The notes under the pieces: model-generated | What the model was told of the DNA's origin: nothing | The model's database searches: none | Seen by the model: the letters and a program-made list of their open reading frames with translations, nothing else | Source: Diadema antillarum | Lineage: Eukaryota | Length of the DNA: 64,000 bases | NCBI RefSeq assembly: GCF_040938485.1 | Contig: NW_027271072.1 | Coordinates: 2,914,001-2,978,000 of the forward strand | Direction: 5' to 3' | In this document: positions 26,968 to 41,787 of the stretch, one piece after another | Layout of the letters: every line of letters starts with the position of its first letter | Position numbering within the stretch: the stretch's first letter is position 1 | Program-made: the position numbers and the translations under genes

Positions 26968-27527
26968 AGGGAAGATAAACCCCAAGAGCAATGTGGATTG
27001 AGTGAAAGCAGCAACATTAGTAGAACACATCAGTGAAAGTTTGAGGAAAATCGGACAATCGATGCAAAAGTTATGAATTTTTAAAGTTTTGGTGTTGGAA
27101 CCGCTGGATGAGGAGACTACTAGAGGATATGACGTATGAGTGGACAACAATACAAAGAAAATATAAAGGAAATTCAACAAAAATTCACTTTTCTAGAATT
27201 ATGAAAGAGCAATGGACCAACCTCTTTCAGAAAGCAGGGGGAATAATTGCTATACCCTTAACATATGTCAATATCAAGTTGATGGAATTTGTAAATTTCA
27301 TGAAAAATGGATTTTTGTAGAATTTTCTTTATATTTTCTTGGTATTGTTGTCCACTCCTACGTCATAACCTCTAGTAGTCTCCTCATCCAGCGGTTCCAA
27401 CACCAAAACTTAAAAAAATCATAACTTTTGCATCGATTGTCCGATTTTCTTCAAACTTTCACTGATGTGTTCTACTAATGTTGCTGCTTTCACTCAATCC
27501 ACATTGCTCTTGGGGTTTATCTTCCCT
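26968..27527. mobile_element. Kolobok-like MITE with long (about 160 bp) TIRs
   Basis: TTAA|AGGGAAGATAAACCCCAAG...CTTGGGGTTTATCTTCCCT|TTAA; near-perfect arms. Confidence 0.8.
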
Positions 27528-27587
27528 TTAAGATATTTTAGCATTAATGCACCCGGCACCTTTTAATCACAGTTTATATGGAGTTTA

Positions 27588-28580
27588 AAGACCCTGTCAC
27601 ACCTTTCCGGGCAAGCCTTGCGTGTGATTTGCGGAAAGCAATTTTTGCTACCCGGAGATCTCCTCAGATGGCCCGTGTAGTAGGCATGACAGTACCTAGC
27701 ACGTATCTCGCCCGTAGTTGCCCGGAGGTGCGGACGAAAATCCTATTTACCCGCATATTACCCATGTTTAGGCCCTGTCACAGCACCTTTCCGGGCAAGC
27801 TACGCGGGTTTGTTGCGTGTGGGGATTTTCCAGCATACCGGGCAATTTCTGAGGGCGAACCAAGGATTTGGGCGAATTTTGCATGCGTCTTACCTACTGG
27901 ATGCATGCTGCTTGAGTTCTGCTTGCGGGTATTTTGAGTGACCTGCGTGCCAGGCGCGTGGGGGCTGACAATAATGAAGGAATTCCTCTAAAGGGCAATC
28001 TCCGCCACTCACCCAGAAATGAGTTTTGGTCATGCTCAAAACTTGGCTGCGAGTAAATATGACTTGCGTGCGCATCTCCGGGCAACTACGGGTGAGATAC
28101 GTGCTAGGTAGGCTACTGTCAGGTGCGGGCCAACTGCCGGGAGGTCCGGGTATAGATAGCATTTTTTTTACCCCCGCAAGTTAACCCGCAAGGATTCCCG
28201 AGACACGGTGTGACAAGGCCTTGAGCATGCTAAAAACTCGTTCCGGGTGTGTCGCAGGGGTTTTCCCGAAGAGGTACACGCAGAACATCCGTAGGGGGCA
28301 CTTAGCGACAGCACCTTGCAGGTAACTCCCACGCAGGTACTTCGCAGCTGTAACGCAGGTATACTTCGCAGTCCCCGCTTGTCGCTCGTAACTGAAAACG
28401 AATCGGTTTCGAAGCTCTCACATTGCACAGGTCACACGGAAGAGGCCTACACGCAAGTAGCAGGTTAGGCAAGTAGCACGCGTCTAGCAGGTACGCACCA
28501 CGTACGGAACTCGCCAACATCCTTGTCCATCCGCAGAAAATTCTCCTGCGTGCTGGAAAATCCCTACATAAGGAGGTTCA
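27588..28580. mobile_element. GC-rich composite of nested or degenerate DNA-transposon sequence (Harbinger-like termini)
   Basis: AGGCCCTGTCACA (27771) / TGTGACAAGGCCT (about 28210); a second CCCTGTCACA at about 27592; an internal inverted block of about 40 bp (about 27693-27735 vs 28070-28113). Confidence 0.45.
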
Positions 28581-29419
28581 AGAGCTGTAGATTTCCAAGA
28601 TGGCTATGATTTTTCAAACAGCGGACAAAAACATTCACAGGTAGGGCTACATTCAGTGGCGGATCCAGGGGACGCACCTGGCGCGCCCCCATATTGTTTG
28701 TTAAAACAAAAAAAAAATAAAATAAGATAAGAAAAAAATGAAAGAAAAATTGATTTTTTTTTTTTTTTTAAAGAAGCCATTAATTGCGCTGGCCTTTTTT
28801 CTTTCTTTCTTTCTTTTATCTTTTTTTGCTTGTCAGCCGGAAAATTGCGCCGAAGCGTTTTCTATTTCTTTTTCTTTTTTTGCTTGTCAGCCGATAAAAC
28901 AACGGAAAAAAAACCCCGGAAAAACCGCGCTGAAGCGAAGCATTTTTTCTTTTTCTTTTTTTCCCCCTTTGCTTGTTACTTTTCAGTTTTGATTCCGGCA
29001 AATGTCTGAAACTGATCAAGTATATAATTCTCTATAAATGTCAGACCCCTGAGGGCACGTCCGTTTCATGAAAGTCTTATAAGAGACTTTTCACTCCCTA
29101 AGACACACTTATGAGAGACTTCATGAAATGGATTTGAATATTTATTTTGTGTAATCTCTATAGCTACTATGAGCGATTTTTGCCATCTGAGATTTGTGTA
29201 AAGACTTTTATATGGTTACTATTGTTCACATTTTGTATATTTAACAATACTTATTTGATCATATTCAATAGCTTTTTTACATTGGTTGTTTCTATTCCTA
29301 ACTGACCTTTAAGAACTATTTTGATGCACTAAAACTGGGTTTTATTCATAGAGTTGGATTATTAATAATACAGCTCTATGGTTTTATTTCATCTGAAAGG
29401 TAAATGATAAGTGCAGAGT

Positions 29420-29799
29420 GTTACATTTTACACTACACAATATTCATAATGAGCGCGCTCAGCTGATCCCATTGGGCCCATGGGCCATGCACCACAACTC
29501 TCGAGGGAGATCGCTGGGCTGGACGCTGGTCACATGCACATCATGCGCGCGCTCGAGCCTCCACTGTGTTTTTGTTTTGATGGCTCAGCCGTCAGTGCGA
29601 TAACTCCCCCTCAACTCTGTGCTCTGCAGGTGCTTATGCTGTGCAGTGGTTACGTGTGTTCTCTGAACGACGTGTATCACGTATAAGTACGTGCGAATGC
29701 GCTTCAAAGAAAATACGGCAACTTCGGAGCTTCGTGAAATACAGGATCGGGACTGTCTGCAACGTCAGCTTATTAGAAATTCATCTTAATGTGGTATGT
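29420..29799 (+). promoter_or_regulatory. Probable promoter and non-coding first exon of YPEL5 copy A
   Basis: CpG-rich stretch ending in donor TG|GTATGT at 29794. Further candidate UTR donors at 29978 (GTGAGA) and 31560 (GTAAGT). Confidence 0.5.
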
Positions 29800-31680
29800 T
29801 TCCTTTCACATATTGTTACCATGCTGTTTTGCGTATGGATGGCTCTTGTAATCATTTTTAAAGGGGAAATGTGATGTGATTTGTTTTGGAAAGTGTCATA
29901 CATAAGTTCGACTCCATGACCATGTGCATTTTGTTTTGTTGTCATTGGCCGCCATGATGAATATTAAATGCCCCATGGTGAGACGTTTGGACAAGGAGAA
30001 GACACCTACAGACCGCTTTTAAAGTATGATAACCACATGGATTTAGTCTAACAACCCTTCGTTTATTGTGTGATAATAATGACACGAAGCTACACGGCGT
30101 ATTTTTAGATCTATCCTTGGCACGACGTGTTAAATAGGGTAACCGAGTACACCGAGCGTAGCGTATCATAGGGAATGCAATGCCAAAGCTATGCATGGTG
30201 TCTTGGTGAAGTCGCGGACATAATCGAGCAGCGGCATGTAAATGTAAACACACTGCAATAAAACGCCCATCGTTCCCTCCCCCTTTTAATTCCGCCGTAA
30301 CTGTTAGACTTCTACTTCTTATTACTGTACCTTCTTTGGTACTCGACAGGATTCATCACTAACTACTGAATGTGTGAAGGAGTTCACATTTTTGTAGTCT
30401 AAATTTACACTGTAGACATAAAAGTGTATCTCCTGAACAATTTAAGCAACCAACAAGCAAGAATCCAAGGCAATCCAATTGGCAATAGACATGATTTTTA
30501 ACACCGAGTGCAGCCTTTGCAGGGCTGAACACTATCCAATTTTCTTGACTGGTCCATCCTGACTATGTTGCCGTGTTGGGCCAGTAGATACCCAGTTTTT
30601 CCTTTTTCACTGGTTAGAACTTAAAAAATTTACTAGTCGTTTTTTTTTTTTTTTTTTTGACTGGCCCCGACAATTTTACTATGACAACACTCGAAATGCC
30701 CACTGCACCGGCCATAGGCAATTTGCCACCAAGCCCCTCCCAATGGTTGGAATGCACCTCTCAAAATCAAATTGTTCACGGCCACAATATTTTGTTACTT
30801 GTGCTCCTTTTTTGAGTGGATATTTGCGCCCTCAAAAATAGTGGTCTTGATCCAACTTTGATGAAATTTGAGGCCTGCTATTACAAAATACCGTACTATT
30901 TTGACTATATTGACAATGTTTATTTTGTTGTTTGGTAAATGAATTTCATTTGATTTCATTATCATTAATATTACATTAATTTACCTGTCATGTCGGGCCA
31001 GTATCAAATTGGGCAATTCCTGAAAAGTTACTGGCCTGACTGACAGTGACTTTAACAGGTCTGGGGGGTACCATTGACCTTGACCCCCTCTCCAGTTCAA
31101 CAGCCCTCTCACCCTGAAAAACATTTTGTAGCCCCTGGATATTTGTGGAGAGTTGGACTAGCTTTTGTTTAGTTAATAATACTCTTCTTGACAATGATTT
31201 TTTTTTTCAACAGACGATTGCATTTAGATCTTGGTCATTAGTAATTGCAAGTACCTTCATGATGGAACTTCTAAAAGAGCTAAAATCAATGAGAAATAGC
31301 TCTTTATGTGATATTTCATTCAAGAAATCATGAATTCAGATGTTTTGATACAATAATGGTAGGGTTGCTGAAAAGATGATTTTTTGGTCATTCTAGTTGT
31401 GGATCATACTTGATAGCACTGAGCTCATTCTTGTGATAGCACTGACTGGTGTACAGGAAGTATAGAGACCATTTTCTGTGTGATTGGAAATACTGTAAGC
31501 ACAAACAGGCCTACTGGCATACTGTGAATATGCTGTAGAGCTTGACAGCTTTCCAGTTGGTAAGTTATTCCATGAAAGCCCGACAGGAGATCAAATGACG
31601 GAAAGGTACAGTGTACTGTTAAGTGTTATGTCTGTTATTTATTTATTCCCTTTGCAGATTTGACGATCTCTCCAGCCAAG

Positions 31681-32623
31681 ATGGGTCGCGTGTTTCTCGA
31701 TCATATGGGTGGCACCAGGCTCTATTCTTGCGCAAACTGTGACTCTAATCTCACCAATCGAGCTGAACTCCTGTCCACACGGTTCACCGGGTCAACAGGC
31801 AGAGCTTTCCTCTTCAATAAGGTAGCAATTTCGACTGATTTTGAATTTGATATTGCATCAGCAGTAAAGTTTGTTTCTTGATAATAAGTTGCACAGTGAA
31901 CATTATATACTGGTACACACCAGTTTTTGTGAAGTGAACCTCAGACATACTGTTCAGTAATAAGTGAGTTCAAAGAACATTTTGATAACACTGCATTTGT
32001 ATATTTCAAACATATGTCAGTTTGAGTTGAATCGTTTTTGTATACTGGAGCACAGATGTCTGAAAGTGACCTGTACTCAGTATTTGCCTTTTACAATTAC
32101 TCTTAAACCTTGAAATTATTTTTCTCATTGCAGTTATCACTATATATACTTTCTTCAGAAAATTCAGAGTATGTTTATGATAATTCAATATGAAGTACTA
32201 AAAATATAATTTGAATAATGACAAGCCACAATGGTATATGTACATGTACGTGTATGTAATGTGTTGTTCTAAACAAACAAAATACAGAGAAATGGAATAG
32301 AAATAAGTAGAGGAAAGAGAAAGTTACATGTTTGAGGTTACAATGACCACCATAGCAATGAATGACCTGTGGTGCCTCTTTGCGATGCGCAGGTGGTGAA
32401 CTTGTCGTACAGCGAGGTGCAGGACCGCATGATGATCACTGGCCGCCACATGGTGCGAGACGTCTTCTGCAAGAACTGCGACACCAAGCTGGGCTGGATG
32501 TACGAGTTTGCCACCGAGGACAATCAGCGCTACAAGGAGGGCCGCACCATCCTAGAGAGGGCGCTGATCACGGAACGGGATGGCTTTGAAGAGCCCAACA
32601 CGAGCGACACAAGCAGCAACTGA
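31681..32623 (+). CDS. YPEL5: Yippee-like protein 5, copy A (2 coding exons, 123 aa)
   Basis: join(31681..31821,32393..32623), junction AAG|GTAGCA...GCGCAG|GTG. Reads [20 protein letters not shown]...[32 protein letters not shown], with two CxxC zinc pairs. The MGRxFLxHxGG start is YPEL5-type. 5'UTR acceptor at 31657/31658; AATAAA at 33661. Confidence 0.93.
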
Positions 32624-35600
32624 AGAGGACGCGAGTGGGGAAAGTGGATTCTAGCTGAGCTATAAATCCAGTGACGTGTGTACTATACAAAAGGAGGATA
32701 CAATACATAGGTGGAAATCTGAGTGTGAAAAAAAAAGAACAACAAAAGACATGGTTTCACCATGAAACTAGTAGTACTATGGCCTGAACAGATGTTGCCA
32801 AAGTACATGTACATCACGAGCAGATAACCAAACTGCAGACTATGTAAACAAATGAAAGTTTGATGGCAACATTGTACTTGGTCTATGTACTTGCCTCAGT
32901 AAGAGAAGGCATGGTACTTTTCATGCATATAGGAAGGGACAATGAGGCTGTAAATAGTTTATGGTCTTGCATGGTGGTCGTATACTAGTAAGAGAATATC
33001 CCAAAGATGTTATCCTGTAGCAGGTATCAAGTTCATGGTATTGTAGTGAAAGGCCTAAAAAAAAGAGCTGCTTCGGGGGTAAAGATATTGGGTCAGAATT
33101 GATGAGATGTGCCGCTGGAAGGTCATCTGCTGAGTGGTTAATAAATAGATACTATTGATACTGGATAAGTGATTGATTATTGTTTAATAGGGGAACATGC
33201 AAGTGTGACTAAAAACTACAGGACTGTGATTACTGCAGAGTGTCTTAGATGGAAATGGCATCATGAGTTTGGTTGATATACAGTAACATGTCCTACATGT
33301 ACAAGAGGAGTGCAAGATAGTGTGATTTTTTTTAATGGCCGAGTGTTCAAATCCCCATACATGTATGTATATCAGAGATGTACACATACCTTTTGACAGA
33401 AATCCCTGTCACATATTCCACAGCTCCTGTTAGCAGGCAAATGTTGATAAAATCAGAGAAAAGATAAAAATTTGTGTTTAAGAGACCCTGTCTATATATA
33501 CTACTTGGACCAGTGTAAAAGAGGGCCTTGTTCCCCTGTTTTGAATAGTTACCATCAGACACTCATGTCCTTATTTAATCATTTTTCCCCCCTTTTTTGT
33601 ACTACCCTCACATGTTCCAGGTGATTTTTTCTCTCTCTCTTTTTTTTTATGTGGTTGTGAAATAAAAGCTTTTATTGGTGATATTCTGATAATCTTCTAA
33701 AACTCTCCTCACCTATGTATTTAATGGATTGAAAAAACGAACAATAACGGCAACAAAAACATAGACCACTGAAAGCTGTGATGGCTGTTTCAGTCTCATT
33801 TCATTTACTAGCAAAGATCTGAATTGATCTACATACATGTATATTTACATGTATATTTACATGTATATTGAACTGTAAGGTGATGGTTTCAGGGGCATAC
33901 TCCTTGAAAGAAAAAAAAAATGAAAGTAAACGAGCTGTAATACCAAGTGATTGCTTGAAGCTGATCTTGAGTTAGAACAGCAAAGTTGAGTTTATGTTCA
34001 GTGGACAATACAGTGAAATTGCTATTGATGTTATTGATTCATTAATTCAAATATGATTTGAAATGATTAGAGGAGAGAAGTGAGTGATGAAAAAGGAATG
34101 AAAGGAGACTAGAATGTATACTTTATTTTCTTATTTCTCTGTAGATATATATATTTTTTATGGAAAGGATGAAGCATTGTTCCAAGAAAATGACTTCAGG
34201 CAAGTAAAAGTTCATTGAGGCATTCAACTTAATTTGCATATTGATCTTACAGGGTTTCACAGTGCAGCCACTAAAAGCTACCAATACTTGAGATATGTAA
34301 CAATTCATCCTCTGTCTCGAAAATGAAAATAATTATTCATTTCCAAATCCAGTACTTAAAGCTATGACCACATACAGTGAAAAGTGGCTTCTGAACATGG
34401 TGGAATAAACACAACCATTTGCACGCACCCAACAGTGTGATTCTCTCTGTACAGTTAATGTTGACAGTTGCACATAAATGTAAACATTCGTTACTTAGAT
34501 GATGTTAAACATTGTTTAAGACAAGCTCTTCTACTTTTACTCCGTGTACCATGGCATCTACACAATGTATGTACAGTGTACATATGAAATCTTGTAGTCC
34601 AGAAGTTGTAATCTATTCAGGAAGTGAGGAAATGTTGCCAATAAGGATATGAAATATACAAAGAAGCCAGTGGATACAAATGAGCGGCACAGCATTGCAT
34701 GTCCATTGCAGAGAAGTACATATGAGAGTCACCAGTGGTACATGTATATGATTGTACCATGCGGGAAAACTTCAAGCAACTCAATAAATTTCCACACATC
34801 CCCATTAACAACCTTCACAAAAATGATGCTTGAGCTTATACAAGAATGCTGGCTTTACACACGAAATATTTTTGTAAATACAATGTACCGTGTATATCAT
34901 TGGACATGAGCTATGCTGATATTCACACGTCTCATCAATGCAGGGGACGTGTAGATTACATCATTCGAAATACATTGTACATGTAAGTTCTGTCGTGTGG
35001 TGACGTCAAAGTTCAAGCATCTTCTGTGTATCATGATTGTGTGCCCTCTACCTGCACATAATTTCGCAAATCGTGTTAAGATGAACTGATTTTGCATTTT
35101 CCATAGACACATGACTGAGTATACTCAAGACTAGTCTTCAACGGACTACGGTATTGCTGGTATACATCTGTAGATAAGGAAAATGACTGATGTGCAGAGC
35201 CTTTAACAAGACATCATCACATTTTGGCGCAGAGAGTACTGAAAGAGTATTGGTAAACATGATACATAGCCAAACTCTCCTGTGTGAAAGAAGTCGGAAG
35301 CGTAAACTGATGACGTACATGTACAATGTACCTGGTATTTTGCTCCGCATGTTAGCTCCCTTCAATCTCACAAGTAGCTAACCAAGAATTTTTCTTCTCT
35401 GCAGGAATTCTTACAAAATACATGTACCTTTATATTAATGTGAACATTTTGAGATGTGCCTTATCATTCCCCATGAAATTTGTTAGACATTGTGGAAACT
35501 ATAGTAACTCCATTTCAGCATAGAATGACTTTTTCACATTTGCATTTGAATTCATCTATTTCTGTGCTAAAGCAAGTATCTTGAAAAAAAGGGGAAACAT

Positions 35601-38559
35601 AAAGAAAAACTCTGAATATTCCCAACTTTATGTTCTGGATTTTCATCATGTAATCAGAATTAATGGCCACACACACTTTTTTGGAGGATGACCCTGCCAA
35701 GTGGTTCTTGGGACCAGAATGTAATCCAACTCCAGTCCCACCCCCCCCCCCCCCCCAGTATGTGAACTGATGTACATGTTTTCCAGTTTCAAGCAGCAAC
35801 GGCAAAAGGCTTACATGTAAATATCCTGTTATAAGTTATGTCTGGCACACACTCTACATTTAACAGCAATATCCCTACTTGGTACATATTTCTTTTGTCC
35901 TGCTGTAGTTCAGCAATGTATTCCTTTCTTCCACAGAGTTGGTGATACAGAATGTATTTAACAAACCAATTTTTGCATTGTTGAACACTGCTTGTCAATT
36001 TTCTGTAACCACAAAGACCAATAGCTTGGTAAACGGGAGTGATTTTGTATTGAAGCACAAATCTTTTTATTAAAAAAAATGCAGGAGCCATTACTTTTAA
36101 ATTTTCATCATTTTTTTTTTTCTGATTAGAATTTTATTATTCATTCTAGTCAGTACACACAAAAGCACAAGATTCTTTAAGATACAGAAATTAGCTGATC
36201 AAATACAATGTGTATGATGCATGGTACATTTCTGCATGATAATACTGCTTTGTGTTCACTGTTTTTTGAAGCAGCAAAGCTATCTCATTATTAATCAGTG
36301 GCACATTCTTGGGTTCACAACATCATGGGGAGTACATGTAGGTCTGCTTTGAGACTTGTACATTGACACAAAATGTGTTTTTGTGTTGTGACCTTCCTAA
36401 AATAGGATATGATGCTCATTGATCTGTAAGTGGTTTATTGTGCTCTTTGTCATAAATTATGGTATGTGCCTCCTCGTTACAGCGAATGTGTATTTTGGAA
36501 AGGATGAAAATGTGTTGGTTTATTGGGATGAACAAAAATGGCATGATGCACCGCTGGTGTGAAGCAGTGCAGACATACATTGTACAGGGTTATGCTATAA
36601 AGAGAAGCCACACTGTTTTTGTGTGCATGTTGACGACATGTTGACAATAAAACCATATTTATCGTAATAATAAGGACATCAGTGCGTAAGGTTGAATTTG
36701 TGTTCCCTTTCACATGCTCACACTTGTGATGTAGGGAGTGGGAGGTGGCCACAGCCCCACTTGGTTACCTGTAACGTGTGATTGCGATGTTGTTTGTCTA
36801 TCAACGAATGTAAAATGAGCTTGTACATACCATTTCTCTTGACCTTTGCTTCAGAAATAAACATAACTTGCAGCAGTAATGTTACTTGTTAAGTTGGAAG
36901 TTGTTGTCAGTAGTTTTGTTTTCTTTGTCTTGGTTTGTGTGTGTGTATGTGTGTATCATGTGTATCTGCGTACACAATGTATGTCAGTTTAATACTGAAA
37001 GAGAAAGATGGACAGACAGAAAGATTGACAGATTCCACTATTTTACTTTTGTGACACATCTTTAAAAGTGGATTGCATAAGATTTGACTGACTAGATGTG
37101 AGAGTTTTGTGATGAGAGCAAATAATGTTTGATTGCATTACAAACAGTGTGTGTCTTTTGCAAATCATTTCATAATACATGTATGTTATGAAACTTGTAC
37201 TTCATAAAGAAAAATGTTGAGATAAAGTACTTCAGTGACTATTGAATGAAGCACTGTATGCAAATAACCAGACAATAATGATATTCATCATTCTTATCAT
37301 ACATGGTACAGTTTCACTTTAACCTTTTGTGTATGTTGATGCCAAATAAAGGGAATGCACTCTGGGAGTCCATTATTCCATTGTAGAATCAGAGATAGTT
37401 TAACATTTTGATGGAGATAAGATTTTTGAAAAAGTGACCATTATGAGGATTGGTACACCATCTCTTATGGCACTATTAAAAAATATATATATATTTTTTC
37501 ACTGTGACAATTTGAGCATATTACATATCCTTGGTTTAATATTATCTATTTTATCGTTGAATGAAACATTGTCTTTTTGTATTCTTTTGCAAATTACTGC
37601 ACAATATTTGCCAGTACATGCATATCAAAAAGAAAAAAAAAAAGGGGGGGGGGTCATTTTTCGGACAAAGGAAAAAGGCACTCTTTTAACCTATTGTCTG
37701 TAAAACACATGATGAGTTCTAGTTCAGTAAAGATCGTAGGAATGTGACAAAGACAACTATACTGGATATGGTAGTGGGGATTGAATGACATTTTAATCTA
37801 TGAAACTATCTTATTTTTCAGAGAATAGTATAATTCTTCATCTTTAGGTTTAATGTATGTTGGATCCAGTTCCCAAAAGCTATGAATTCATTGCTACCAA
37901 GCTGTTCATAATATTCTTGAATACCTGTGTGAGTTTGACCATGTGTTTGTTTCAGTGATGTCACTGAGAATAATTTCTTGGATATCATGACCCTTAAATG
38001 GTGCTTAAATTTTATTCTTAACAAATTTTGAGAGGAAAATATTATGTAGGGCTACTGATATCAAATTAATGTGTGAAAAAACCCTTCTTTTTTCTTTTGT
38101 TTCCATATTCCATTAAAAAAAAAAGTTTTCATATAATGTAAAATACAGTTATCAAGTATTTGACTGGAGTGATAAAAAAAGATACTGCATATGACTTCTG
38201 GCAATCAGAATTATTAGGCAAGCAGAGTTTGAAAAATAGAATTGAATACATTGATTTTTCATTCTTACAAAACAGCCATTTGCTCTGTTTGTACTACTAA
38301 TAAACCGTATCAACTGTTATACATTGTGCAGCCATTTATTTTGTGTTATCTGCAAGTTCAGATTACCTAGATAGATGCGGCAGAGGCATATAGTGAGGCA
38401 TACACATGTGGTTGTTCTGAGAAAAGAAAGGCAACAAAAATAATTAGTGGACTGTACTATATAATAGAGAAGAAGAAAAGAAAAATAGTGGGAGTCGTGT
38501 AGTATACAGTAGTACACCAGAATTTAAAGGCTTTTGTGTGCATGTCAATTAGCCATTTA

Positions 38560-38769
38560 AACGCGCGCTATCATGCTGCTATTGGCGCGCCAATGCACGT
38601 GGTATTGTTATTAGTCGAGCAATGATGACGTCAGACTTTGTTTTCTATGCGGAAGAGCTCCTTCGGCCAGAGGACGGGAAATTCCGTGGACACAGATAAT
38701 CACGAAAACAGAGACGAAAGCTAAACAAATTCCTTGCTTTGATCTGGCGTAGACATCGATAGGGTGAGT
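38560..38769 (+). promoter_or_regulatory. Promoter and non-coding first exon of YPEL5 copy B
   Basis: CpG-rich. Palindromic double CCAAT (ATTGGCGCGCCAAT, 38581-38594), E-box CACGTG (38596), perfect CRE TGACGTCA (38626-38633), donor AGG|GTGAGT at 38764. Confidence 0.6.
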
Positions 38770-39242
38770 ATGATATACTTCTCTACATGGTTAGGAAAAA
38801 TATGTTTTCTGTTTATGGAGATTAAGGGTGTATTTAACGTGGCAACTTTTACGGGGTACAAAATTTGAGAGAGACCATCGGAAATAGTGCATAGCTGTAC
38901 ACTCGCTTCGCCCGCACTCTAATGCACACGGCACTAGCTAGCTGCGGACTGAGCTGAAGCAGCTGATCGCTCGACCTCCCAACTCCGTAATCGTGTCAAC
39001 CCGGCGCATTTCCATAGTTGCCTACACGTACCACCTCGCTTTTAACAAAGGACAGGCATGATCGATATGATGAAAGACGTTTTTCCTACCGCAACCTATA
39101 ATACACCCAACAGTATAGTGAATCCTCAAATGTTCTGTCGAGTTATATATCATATACTAGTAGACTGAAACCTGTAGGCCTCTGGCTCTGTTAGTGTTAA
39201 ATCTTGTAATTTCCAATGAGGCAATTTGCCATCGTTAGAATG

Positions 39243-39301
<59 letters not shown>

Positions 39302-41419
39302 TATGCTGATTGCATGCTGAACATGTTGAATTTTGTGTCTCCAACAGCAACACCCAGTCTCAAACCATATGAAACATTTTTCTTTTTTTAAATTGTGTTT
39401 GCATCAAATTATTGAACTTATCACAAGCAGAATGTAACACTATCCTGTGTATACACCGAAAGACTTGATTAGATTCTTCTTCTACTTCTGCCTTCTTTCT
39501 TTCTTTCTTAGAAATTCTTTTTTAACTTGCTCAAGAGAAGACTGTTTATCATATAGTTTTGGTTGAGATCTAACTTCAGGTTTCTAACATTTTTGGGTGA
39601 GATAATGAGAAACCTCTTATGAAATTTGAAAGAGCATGTAATTCTAAGAGGAATTCAACGTTTATTTGATGAAAATTGTTTTGAAACGGCTGAGATACAC
39701 AAAATAGAGCAATCCTAATAAAAGGCAGGGATGCCAGGTTAAAAAAAAAACTTATGAGTGAGATTTTCATGACTCAACGTCTCGGCGCTCGCACGTGCGC
39801 ACGAGCGAGGGTGTGGGAGGGGTTAGTAGGGAGCTTTTTTAATTTTTAGCTATTAATGGTGCGATCAGGTGCATACTTAAGTGACTATTTTTTACTTATT
39901 TTGAAAGACAAAAGGGAAGTATACCTTGAATTGCAACTATTCCTTTAATCCTTTGAGCTGTGCTCATTATTAATAGGCCCAAGTTGCAGATGCACCCAAT
40001 GCGTGAGAAAAATGGGTGCCATGCGTGAGATCGTGAGACAGACCCTAAATGCTTGAGTCTCACGCAGAATGCGTAAGACTTGGTAGCTCTGAAAGGGTGG
40101 GACCCACTTTTATTATGATCACTTTATTTTACTTTGTTTTTGGATGTCTCAGCCATTCCAAAACCGATTTTCATCTAATAAACTTTGAATTCGTCTTATT
40201 AGAATATAATGCTCTGAACTATTTCATAAGTGGTTTCTTGGTATCTCACAAAAAGTTAAAAGCCTAATCCTTGCCTCCACCAATACTGTACCATCCTTTC
40301 AACACCAAACATTATCGGGAATATAAATTGAAATACTGTAGGTCTATATGAAAGAGCCAAAAAAGATTATCACCTTCTGAGGTGGTTGTTTCTTGCATGA
40401 ATAATTAAAAGTTAAAAGATGGGAAATCCTGGGGTTTACATCACTTTATGTTTATATTTATGTTAAGGGCATATTTAGCATCATAAACTGATTAGATTTG
40501 CTAAATAGTCCTCTGGTTTACTCTTTGCAACATTATTATATGGTCATCCCTTTATGACAATCTAATTATCCTGAAAGAGACTCTCAACTCAATTTCTTAA
40601 ATTTATGCAGCCTCTTTATATACAAAACTAGACATAACCCAATTTTAGCATTTGCTCCATCTGGTTTGTGCTGTCCATTTCTGTCACTAGATATAGCTTT
40701 CCTCATGCTATTCTGTTGGAAATTGCAGAGAACTCACAAGTTGTATTTCAAGCACAGCATTCTATAGCAGCAGTAAAGAAGAATTAAGGAAGAAATTGAC
40801 CAAGATGCTGGTGATATTGGTATACTGTAATTGCTAGCATTTGTGTAAATGGTTGCGTTGAAAAAAAGAATCAACAGAACTAGTTAAAATTATCTTATAT
40901 CATTCTTACACCATGTTAACAAGTACATAGCACATGGGCATGAACACTGTATGCAGGCAGACATACAGAAATACACACATAGTACAATTCCAACAGCAAT
41001 ATTAAGTGTTTAAGACATACTCTTGTAAATGTAACTGAGTAAACATGTCAGATCAGAGGTGCACCTGTTTCATTCTCATACACCCACTCTTAAGAAGCAA
41101 CAGTACCCTGTAAGGACTTTAACTTGGCACCATTGTACCCTGAAAGAAGGTAATTGATCGGTACACTTGTATGATCCTTAATGCAGATTAAAGGGACTGG
41201 TTAGTTCCGAACAAAACCAGGGGGACATCAATAGTCATTGTTTTCTACAGAGCTTATTCAGACTGGTGGTGGTAGCAGCAGCAGTGTATTTAGTTGTGTT
41301 TGTGTCTGTGTGTGTAGGGGGTTGGGGGTGGGGATTGAAACAAAAGCAAGCTTTGAGTTCAAGAGTCAACCCTCTTTACCCTACTGTCAATGCCAATCAA
41401 TATTCTGTACCACCAGAAG

Positions 41420-41787
41420 CAGAGACTCCAACCCTAAGCACCTTCTGATCTGGAGATTCTTCCGCCTGAAACCCCTCGCAAACGGGAGACTCCAACTTGA
41501 TGTGCGCGAAGGGCATATCATGAGCACAAAGTTCCTTGTGCCATGGCCGGGGTCCAGGGTCCACTTGGGCCCTGGAAGCTCTAATAATTAGGGTTCTTGA
41601 TGCTCTTTCGTGCTATCTAAGGCTAATTTTTCAACATACGAAGACAAAAAGTAAGAAATCATTTCAAACGGGAGACACAGAGCCAGGGCGGGAGAAATTA
41701 GATCTCCAGTGGGAGAACGGGAAATTTGGCAAAAGTGGGCTTTCGGCGGGAGATCTCCCGTTGAAAGTGGGAGAGTTGGAGTCTCTG
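41420..41787. mobile_element. Second copy of the hAT-like 6-bp-TSD MITE (YPEL5-B 5'UTR intron)
   Basis: TIR CAGAGACTCCAAC / GTTGGAGTCTCTG, flanked by CAGAAG on both sides; body homologous to 12836-13138. Confidence 0.8.
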
